A stretch of 47,964 nt of DNA from Phoronis australis (Eukaryota; Animalia; Phoronida). Position numbers and translations under genes: made by a program. Position 1 is the stretch's first letter; each line of letters begins with the position of its first letter. The DNA lies in assembly GCA_002633005.1 (NCBI GenBank), contig NMRA01000377.1, positions 388,657 to 436,620 on the forward strand. Reading direction: 5' to 3'. Positions 37,216 to 47,964 of this stretch are shown in pieces. The notes below the pieces were generated by a model. That model was not told where the DNA came from. It searched no databases and was given only the letters and a program-made list of their open reading frames with translations.

Positions 37216-40200
37216 TGCGATGTGTGCAAAGTTTGAATCACCTTTACTAATAGTATGAACTTAGGAAGCTTGATATGTGCTAGGAGATATCTTTGTATGT
37301 AGCCCTTTATAATCCAGTCCAATGATTTGGGAAAAAGGAAGGCGAGTTATAGTTCTAATTTACGTATATATAGTTGTAATTTGCGTATAATTCTGACTAA
37401 AGTTATATTTGCTTAGTTCTACTTACCTTTCCTATTTCAAGGTAAAGATTGTCTAAACTGTTTACCCAGCAGTGAGTGTATTGAGTCCTATGTAGTTTCA
37501 TATCATGCAAGCTATGTAAATGATTTGCTCAAGTGCAGCATGAACAGTCAAGTGTAATGTGACTGCTGCACTTATACAGTGTGTCTGAAAACTATGCAAA
37601 CTGTATTAAGAAAAATCAAAAAGAAGGATATTGAAATTTAATATTGAGTTACAGAAGCATATTGCTTGCAAAATGTTGAATATTTGATGAAATATTCCTC
37701 CATGTATTGCATGAAATGTTATGGCATATTCTTTATGGGGTTGTTACCACCTGGTGTAAGATAGCTTTCAATGCAGGAGTTTGTATATTATGTACCTTGA
37801 AAAGTTTTTTTCAAGCTGTGCATGATGGAGGGGGAGGGCAGGGTATGTGAAAACAAATCTGATTGGCTTGATTGTTCCATTGTATGACAAGTACCAACAA
37901 ATCCACCAATCATCACCATTGCTGGACAACTATTGAAGGAGCTGCCTAAAAATCGAGAATTTGTATGGTTGGTAGGGAAGGATTGACTCGAAGCAAAGTT
38001 GCCAATCATTTTTTATAAGGACTTTTTAGAGTTTTTGTCTCATGAACCCTTTGGCAATACTTTGGAAAAGTGAGAAGTTGGCCGGTTATAAAAAAGTACA
38101 TCAGAGTTGTTTTCTTGTCATATCTACCTTGTAGAAATGATCTTGCACACGCTCCTGAAGTGATGTGTCTAAGAACTCAGTGGTGTTGGCTAGTAACTGA
38201 TACTTTAGGATTCTCCCTCCCTCTCACCTAAAATGCACTTTCTTAGTAATTAATGCTAATCTCATAGTTTTGTGCTTTGCACTTCTAAATTGTTTAATGT
38301 TTTGGGCTGTGGCCAATAACTGTGAAATCATAATGCCACTTGTATCAATCTTTGCTTAAACTCAATATCCTTACTTTTGTTGCCAACTATATTTCACAAT
38401 ATCATTAAAGTGTGTATTTTGATGAACTACGCAAATTATGCAATCATTAGAAATTAGCACGCCGATTGCTTTAGATGTGGTACATGAAATTATAGTCTCG
38501 AAGAACTTGCTTCAAATATTTTTTAATCTGTAATAAATTTTATGCATGTATGGTCGACAATTGCAATATTTCCCTCCTTTATATAAACATAGGCGAGTGT
38601 CATTACATTGTAATTGCAGGTCCATGGTATTCTTACTAGCAGTTTGAATCTAGAGTCTAGCGAGAGTGTTCAGTGTTTTCATGTAAAATCAACAACAGAA
38701 TGCAAATGACCCAGGCAATAATTCCATACTCTCGCCATATATGCCGAGTTAGAGTGTGCTCTTCAAAACTTTAAAAGTATAACGGGCCGTTTTTAAAACT
38801 CGCATGAAGATTATCAACGCATGTTAATCAATTGATAGTCCTAAAAATGCTCACGACATCAAAAGTACATTGTATTGAACACGATTATTGCATGTTTATT
38901 AAAATAGACACAGGGAAATATTACATGTACATAAACATTTGAAATATATTGGAAAAAACATGAAAAGATGTCATTTACAAAACTCAAGTGTACGTCACAT
39001 TTTGTTATACACAAATGAATCCGTGAATATAAAAGACATTTGAATAAAAGTCTGATCAGCCATGGTCAAATAAGTGTAAAATGTGCCTGGCCAACTATAA
39101 TGAATATAAAAATACCTCATCTGCAAATGCTATGTGCAATAACACAGACACGATTGTTTAAACTTGAATTGCTTCCCCCTTTGAATGATACAAAATTTGC
39201 CTATCGTCTACTATATATTGTTTTGTGATGACGTATAATAAATATGGACCCCCCTATCATACTTTCAAAAAATTCCTGGACATTTTTGGGATTCAGGTAA
39301 CCAGGTGGGCAATTCAGCACTTAAAATTTTTACAAAATTTGTGTTAGGATTATTTCCAAATTCTGTATTGGGATTAATTGTTGTGTTATGACAACAGTTG
39401 CACTAATCATGTGCTCTGGCCGTGGAGTTGAGAAGGATGGGATTAACCAGTGAAAATTATGAAGTGCTCAGTAATTTACAGAGCTCCTTAAATCTGGCCC
39501 ATTTACTGTTTTTAATTCTGGCATTTTCATTTTTTTCGACTGGATCTAAAACGTCAATATGACATGACAAAATAAACGACCCAAATGGAAAGCAGTCAGC
39601 CACTCAATCTTACGATGACTTAAAATCAGTAATTACACAAGGGGACAGCAAAGAGGTTCAATGCAACAATACAAGACTGTGAACTGAGGATTGTGGGAAT
39701 GATCAGGAAGGCTTTACAGATCTTAACCGATCTGGTAATGTCTTCATGAAAAGTCGTCCACATACATGGAAATATGGTATCACATAGTGTCCTGTGAAAC
39801 CAACATACTGCCCAAGAGAATGTTGCGTTTAAAGAGCCCGAGTGCAGGCTTGAGGTGAACAGTAGTCAGATAGTTGCCTCACCAATTCAAGAAAAATTCT
39901 AATGGGAACTGGTGAAAATGAAAAGTCAGTCTATGGACTGAAGGTTGGTTTGTAGCAGTATTATACAGAATAGGAACTTAATACAACAGTCATCTGCAAA
40001 TTATACAGAGCAGGTTCATTTAATTTACAGAACCACATTTCCACTAAACCAAATTAACTTTGCCTACGCAATATGTAATTAAACTGGTCTGTGTTCCAGG
40101 CTTTTTCATCCTAAGTAAAACATTAAGTATCGAAAAATAAATGCTACTTTGAAATTATTCGTAAGTATTAAGCAACAAAATTGTAAAAATTACAACTAAT

Positions 40201-42159
40201 CATAAAAATGCCGTGGAGCGCATGAGCAAAACACTTTTTCCACAAAAGCATCATTATTATATAAACAATTGTAATACACCAAAACTTTGCGTCTGGCTGC
40301 ACATGCAGGAACTATACCATGTCATTCAAGCTGCAAAGCTATCGTTTACGATATTTTCATCGATGACTGAAACTAGCTGTTACTGTTTGTAACCTCGTTA
40401 TAAACAGCAATAAAAACACATTTAACTAAAATAATTTACACCTTCTCACAAGGTACGCTACCATTAGGTTGGAAATCACATGAGGCGCTATGAAAATTAA
40501 ATCATTTGATTATTGCTCCCTCTGGTGATCCATCAGAAAGGTATTTTCGAAAGCGGCTCCCTATAACAGATCTGTACAATGTTCAGGAGTAAATCGTCCA
40601 CTGTTCTTATCTCGACCGAGCCCAAATCTATGGCATCTGTAAACAATGTACAATAAACTGTAATACGATCAAATGAACATAAACTTGACAGCATGAAAAT
40701 TCAAAAAAGTTTCGGTGCCCAAAACGGTGATAAAATTTCTACTATTTCTTTACACAACATGTTTCGATTGCAGCAAATTCTCGACAAAATCTCGACAGAT
40801 GTAGTTCCATGTACTTTGTCAACATTGCAACAACTGAGCATTGCGAGTCCATTCACAAATGAATATGTAATTATTGGCCTGGTCACATTAAACAGTCTGG
40901 AAAAATATTATCCAGGTTTGGCAGAGTCTGATAGAATTCTATCGAAGTTTGTCAAGACTATTTTGAAAGCCTCTAAGTACATATACCATCAATATGTCTT
41001 CCAAATCATCAGTAAATTTCACGAGAACAAAAAGCAAACTTGACGCATGCACTAACAGTGGTTTCCTGATTTCATCAGATTCTCGCTGTACTCAGTATTT
41101 CAGGGATAGTTTCACACAGAGTGCGGGATTTCACTTTCCATTTGACCATATCTGGTTACAAAATTAAATGAAAACTCTAGAAATCCACCGAACTATGGGA
41201 TCGAGACAACTCAAATCATTTTGGCTACTTTTTTGATTTTTCCTAATTGGCTTCATCTCTTCAACAAATCTATACCGTAGTTTCGAAACTTGGAACTTAA
41301 GGCACAGAAATGATAAAGTTTTAATGGCATGCTTGCACTAAAAGTTGTATGTACAGAACTTAAAAAAACCTGGTAATTTACGACACCAGAAAAGTAAACC
41401 GTGTTTGTTATATGCCAGACCAACAGGGTGAACAAGGTTATTTATCATTGTTTCATGTTTTCTCGTAAAAAATTGTAATTGATAAACTCCCGCATTTGAT
41501 AGGCTCAGAGAAACTATTAGTCAAAAATGGAATAACAAGAGACAAATTGGCCTTCGGAACACCTTTTGTAAAATTATTACTTGCAGAGAAAAAGGGCAGA
41601 AAAAATGATGCCAGTTACAGCTTAACCCACACTTCAAAAGTATTATGGTGGGGAAAAGGCCTATTTTGTGGACTTGACACGAACGATTTATGATTTCAAT
41701 TAAAACTGTCCCATCAAAAACAAAAGAAATAGAAAATAGCTGACATTAGAAAAAGACTGTCACGCAAAATCATCCATTCGAATGAATATTTGCTAACCAT
41801 CATGTAAATGCCTTGTAAATTACGGAAACGGAATCTTCGACCTTAGTTGTCCTTGCCTCTTGAAGTGGAAAATAAAAAGGTAAATAAAAAACCTATCTGC
41901 AGTTTGACAAAGAAGCAAATGTTTCAAATAATGAACTTGTATTTTCATAACAAGTCTTTCAAGCCCAGTGACCTACCATAAGATTGACCTCTCAAAAGCA
42001 CATCCTCCGTTTTCTTGCCCATCTGAAGTTCTTGGTTAACATCAGCACTTCCGTTACTGCATATCTCAGACCTAAGTGAAATTACGTCAAGAGTCAAAAC
42101 AATAATAAGAGCAACGTGGAGCATTGAAATGCATCCACAAATGCATGACAAATGGTTTG

Positions 42160-43070
42160 TTTTTAAGGTACCGTAATTGGTTATTTGTTTCATAAAAATG
42201 GTCGCCACTTTTCAAAACCATCCTTAGAATGATTTGGTTGATAGAGAAGTAGATACCAAAAAGCAGACTCGAAAACAGCAAAAATGGCCACTAACTGGCA
42301 CAAAGTACCTTGATTCCATCCGGAAATGGGAGGATAGCGTCATCTCACCAATAAATTTTTTATGAAGATACAGAGATAAACGTAAAGCTAAAATTGCCAC
42401 CAGGGGGCATACCAGTAGTCAGATGCATCCCAAAATCATCGTCGTCTGTTGTCAACATCATATAAACACACTTTTTAAATTTAGTAAAGATCCTGCAAAC
42501 GGTTTAGGAGATACAGCCATGGGTGCAAAAAAAAAGAGACTGCCACTAGAAGACACCAGTAGTCGAAGACATCGGGAAATCATCCTCAGCCGTCCACTTC
42601 ATAGTAAAAACATACAAGCCAATTTTCACAATTATCCTGAAAGCGGTTTGGTTGATACAGGGGTGGACGTCAAAAAACAGACTCGAAAACAGTACAAATG
42701 GCCACTAAGTGGCGCAAACTACGTCAAATCCATCCGAAAACGCGAGGATGCCGAAGATACTGAGATTAATGCAAAAAGTAAAACTCCCTATAGGGGGCAC
42801 AGTGGTGGCCAGATACACACCAAACTCTTTGCCGTTCCCCTGTGATGGGTTTAGGGATACAGCCACCGAAACTAAATGGCCACAAAGCGTACCATCCAAA
42901 ACAGGCAGACCCATTCAAAAATTAGAGCAACATGTGCTACATCGTTTCACAAGGAATATACTCCGAAATTTTCACAAATATCCTTCAGGCGGATAAACAA
43001 ATGGATGCCGAAAAGAGACTTAAAATAATAAATATGACCACTAGGTGGCACAAAATACACCAAATCCAAA
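42160..43070 (-). mobile_element. HINE-like family copy, reverse orientation
   Basis: Reverse complements of the intronic modules (aattgccaccagggggca, ggagatacagcc, ccactaggtggc). Confidence 0.6.
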
Positions 43071-43458
43071 TACTGCTGTTCAAACAATGAACAAGTTTTA
43101 CTTTCAATAACAAATTAAATGTTATATACAAAGTGTTTAAAATGGGAGGGAATGATTGTTGCCACAAACAGGCAACGGCTCTCAGTGACACACACATCTA
43201 CATTCCCGAAGTCGATCACCTGTGAAGTTCAGGCACAGTACAGGTAGGTGCTTACAATCACAACTGGTATGAAGCATGCACAGTCGCATGGTTGGCACGA
43301 GATGCAGGGCGTAATGTTGTACGGCATGCTAGTCAGCAAACCACCTTTGATATTAAAACACTCTGAGAAAATATTGAAAAATAAAAATTTTTATATTAGT
43401 CTTTTACATTTTCCAAGGAAGAATTTTCACATGATACTCAACAATAAATGGGACCTAC

Positions 43459-45940
43459 CAAAGTGTGCCTGGTGGCATTAATTGCGATGGTCGAAGAAAC
43501 ACAACGTTCAAGTCCATGCCGACTGCTTTGAGACGAGAGGAGAAGGTCACAACGTCTTGAACATCAACATCAGCAATGCAAAAGTAGTTCTGAAATTATA
43601 TAACTGAGTAAACCTATTGTTTAGTTAACACGTGTCATGGTGTTGGTTCTTATCATCTATTCTAGTCAATATGACACAGAACAAATGTCCATAACTTAAA
43701 ACGGAATTAAGACAATTGGTCATCCATAACTAAAGTCATACTCAATAAGACCCGTTAGCAAGTGTCCATCACTGAATTTGCAGTCAATAAAGGTCTTGGT
43801 CATCCATAACTACAGCCATACTCAATAAGACCCGTTAGCAAGTGTCCGTCATAAAGTTGCAGTCAATAAAGGTTTTGGTCATCCATAACTAAAGCCATAC
43901 TCAATAAGACCCGTTAGCAAATGCCCATCACTGAATTTGCAGTCAATAAAGGTCATGGTCATCCATAACTAAAGCCATACTCAACAAGATGCTCAGTAGA
44001 TGTACATTGCTTAAGTCCGAGTAAATAACACATTCAGCAGATGACCATTTACTAAACTTTAGTCAGGAAGACACTGAGCAGGAGTCCATTACAACAAGAC
44101 ACTCGGGCAATTGTCCATTGCTACAGTGTATCCATGCACAGAGGTCACAACTTCTTTGCTCATGAATTTAAAAAAAAATTGTTGGTAAATAACACAATGA
44201 AGAGAAAACGCTACAGTACTGTACCCAATACATGGAAAAACTGAAGCACTGACCATCATGAAGTCAATAATGTAATCCATCAACTTTCATGAGTATATAT
44301 ACTTACTCGAACAGGCTACAAGTACTTACAGTGCACATTTAACTTCATGCAACTTACTGATTTTAATATTCATTGATGCACACATTGACATCTGAAATCT
44401 ATCCTTCATGATGCCAACAAATTGTTGATGTTCTAGAAATTGCAGTCATGAACAAGGTCAAAAATATTATTCGGAGTTGAGTATATTAACCCAGCTAAAT
44501 AATGTTGAACAACAATGCACAGAGACTACAGCAGCATTTTTTCATTGTTTACCAAAGCATTCTTTTTCACAGATTCTGTTGCTAAGGCGCTGAAGTTAGA
44601 CACTCCACATTTCACGCAGTGTAGAATTTCATTCTTCAAGATCCAATGCACAACTTCCTGCTCAGAACATATTCGGTTTTCTGAAATAAAACAAAAAGTA
44701 ACTCAGTAAAATGTAAATCACAAAACAGGAAAATCAAAATAAAAAAGTTAACCCACTAAAAACAAATGGGAGGAAAGAAACTCCAGATTCAAATAATGAA
44801 ACTAATTAATCAGACTCTAATGATTCAGAAACTTTTACACTCCACGTGACTGATGCACTTTTAAAAAGTTACCGCATTTAAGGTTTTTTTTCACATTATT
44901 TTACAATCGCATTCATTGCAATCGTTCTAACACAGCAACACGTGGTCACTGACAAGCGCCCGGATTTTGGGAACCAATTCGATGTTCTCAAAATAAGGGA
45001 TCCCCTTTGCCCACAATGGAATACAATAAAAAAACAACCCACTTGGTGCTGTAAGCTTCACAGCATACTTAGCGCTAACTCATCATACTTTCAGATGCCT
45101 GGATGAATCCTTGTCCATATTTTCATACAGGAATTTTCAGAAGCAATCACCAATTATGACAACTATTGAATTGTTCAAAAACTGAAACATTATGTTTTTA
45201 AGTCTCTGCACAGCCACCACTGGTCGTAAGTTACGGCTTTCAGAGTTGTAAGTATTACATTTGTCGGCAGCAAACGTCAAATTTTAGGAGATACTGAGAA
45301 AGTTCAACCAATAATTAATGATTTCAAGCTGTGTGTCTCATGCAACTAATGTTAATAACAAAGGGCTCACCCAGCGTACACTCCAGAAAGTCATGCTTCA
45401 ACCGGAGCTCCTGCTGTACTGTGTGCCTTAGCTGACAAGGTCCGTAGATAACAAGAAGCTTCTTGTCTGCATTAAATCAATGTAGTAAACAAAGCAGGGG
45501 ATTCCACCACACAAGACACTGGAGAGAATGGTCACGTGCTTCATTTGTAATGCATGGAACTATCTGGCGAAGACTTGCGTGAACACATATCTCTCGAAAG
45601 AACCTTGCTCTATGGATAAACATCTACACAATCTCATAATGTGAACTTTGAAGTCAGTGAATGAATCTGATATTCAGTTCGAAGGCAAAAAGTCTATGAA
45701 AAGGGTCACAATGGATGGCAGCAACAACCTTCATCAGAATGATTCATTTGAATACTCATGATGAGGCATGACAAGTTGTTTATTTAATATATATTACGGG
45801 TCAAGGGCCAAATGGCATAATTGACACCAAGGAAGGTCCGAGTCACAAACCACACCATAAACAAATTTTAGAACTACAGGATGGTACAAACTCACATTGA
45901 TGCAGTCTTTGGTATGGAACTTCCCTGATACTCCCCTCAC
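43459..45940 (-). CDS. Tentative multi-exon gene of unknown function (exons 45940-45896, 45466-45371, 44680-44553, 43589-43459)
   Basis: Four segments with (t)cag acceptors and gt donors join in compatible phases into an open ~130-aa peptide. No recognisable domain. Confidence 0.35.
43716..43985. repeat. ~80-bp tandem repeat, about 3.4 copies
   Basis: tggtcatccataact...gcagtcaataaagg recurs near 43716, 43796, 43875 and 43955. Confidence 0.9.
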
Positions 45941-47964
45941 CTGTAAAGCAATAATATTGATTTTAATGATAATCATGATGCAAGCCAAAGAAATGATGAC
46001 ATCTTCATTACTATTATGGTGTCACAGGCGCTCGGGTTTCCAGATCACTCATAACCATATATCAGAAACATAAAGGTTGGACACTTAAAGTTTGCCAATC
46101 TGAGGCTCCCAACTTCAAGCGTCCAAAATCCAAATAAAATCTACGTGCACCTCCCTCAGTCTGGTGTTGCACAAACCTTCGAAGCCTTTTCTTCCCTAGA
46201 TCCCATTAACGGTCTTCGTGAGTGGTGAATTGGCAATGGAATTTCCAAAATAATCTCAAAACTCTGAATTCAAGGACCTGAAATAGTAAGCATGGCGGAT
46301 TTCAGTTGTGCTTCAACTTGTACGCCTGTCGTAGATGAAACTTCGAGTTTGACCAAGCAAACTATATTTCAAATTCAATAATTCTAATCCAAAACTCAAC
46401 TAATTGAGAATGTTAAAAGTAGTATTTTAATGATTATTTGTAACTTTACTCCACTGACGGCTCATTTTAGCCCTTAACTTAGAATTTTATTACATAAACT
46501 GGCGTATTTTGTTTCTCATCTTAACATGACGCACTTTCTTGATTGAAGCACAACACACACACGGCCAGGAAACGCAGTCCATGCAAGTATTACAATGCGC
46601 GTTGCCTACGAGTTAACTCAACGGTTTTGGCCAAAAGTAAAACCTTCATAAGAAATCACAGTACACAAAAAAATTCGCATATCAATACAGTATCAGGATA
46701 ATTTATATTTGACACAAATATGTGAGTAACTACATTTATTTGGCAATAAAGTGCTCTCTGCTTCTCATGATCAAGTAGTCGATGGATTGACGGCGAAAGC
46801 CGCGTGAAATTAGACTTTCGGATTTAGCTTGGGAGCGTCCGTCATGTGCGAAGACCATCTGCCATGACATCACGGAATCACTTCCTTGAATTTGTGATTT
46901 TGGCATTCTTTTGGCATTTTTGTCGCCAAATCACCACTTGAAGGCAATTTGAAGAGATCGAATGAAAGAAAGTATTCTAAGAGTTGTTCGATGCTAGTTT
47001 CGTGGAGTTCCATGCACATTTGAATAGAAAATTCTGAGCAAACAGATTTTGAGTGTCCAACCTTTATGTTTTCTTATATGTATTATTGAGTGACATCATT
47101 TGCGATCGAGGAGCAGATAAACCCAAGCGCCTGTGTATGGTGTTACAATGTCTGTCTGTTAGTATCTGTCTGCTGGAAAAACTTTCCACAGCGCAATACG
47201 TGGGAGTGGTAACTTCACTAGAAAACACTTAACTTTTTGTGGGCTAAGTTTTGTGCTTCAAAAATGAAATTAGAAGATTTTCTGTAATAAAGACAGACAT
47301 GCACAAATTAATTTCAAAACACATCAAAGCAAAATCAACACAATCATAAGTAAAGCCAGGCGACTGTGTGGTCTGCACTTTGAATAACAAACCAGCACTG
47401 AAAGATTTTAAATCAAAGACAATAAATGGATGTTTCTTCTAACATTAGGAAACCTGTAGAATTTGATCACCTTATACTAATCTGCAACTAAATGTCATGT
47501 GACTAAGTCCTTTTAGAAGTCTTTACTAGCAAACTAGAAACAAATAGCCAAATAAAAACACCAATAACGACACCCAAACTTCATTTGATAATAATAGTCA
47601 AGATAAAATCTCAAAAAAAAGAATTCAAATTTTTTTAAAATAAAGTTAACTTGCTTTCATTTAATGAAACTTTTGAGTCCTATCTTTGATCGTCAAAGTG
47701 GAACATTAAAACAAAATATCTAACAGCGATCTGGAAAACAGTGCATAAAACAGACTGTATTGTGTACCTTTCATAGATCCTATCGGTCATTTGGGAGATA
47801 ACTTGACCAGCTTTCGACACTATTCTCAGGTGCTACACAACCTTATGCAATAAGTGACGAGAATATGCAACTTTAACTAGAGTTACTTAACTTACCAAAA
47901 GGCATGTCCAAGGTACTTTTGCCTAACAGTTTAAGTGGAGACGTGGTGCATTTTGACAATAGTT

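Overview
AT-rich, intron-rich genomic DNA that looks like an invertebrate metazoan, from a draft assembly with several single-N joins. The main feature is one plus-strand gene spanning about 29 kb, whose exons I could chain by hand with consistent GT-AG phases. A 3.7-kb exon encodes an MFHAS1-like Roco module (LRR-ROC-COR). It is followed by four small linker exons and three exons that together encode a trypsin-like, FAM111-type serine protease with His, Asp and Ser all present. The result is a predicted LRR-ROC-COR-protease fusion of at least 1,613 aa, which the ORF track splits into four apparently unrelated pieces. Its LRR array is a young 135-bp tandem expansion whose variation clusters at the exposed positions of the LRR motif, as expected of an innate-immune sensor. 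The introns hold nested mobile DNA: DINE-1/HINE-like elements rich in CTCF-like motifs, a hAT-like MITE, a decayed Academ-like transposon, a CACTA-like element carrying a 31-bp satellite, and a LINE fragment. Two minisatellites and a tentative minus-strand spliced gene lie downstream. All family assignments come from motifs recognised by eye; no searches were run.
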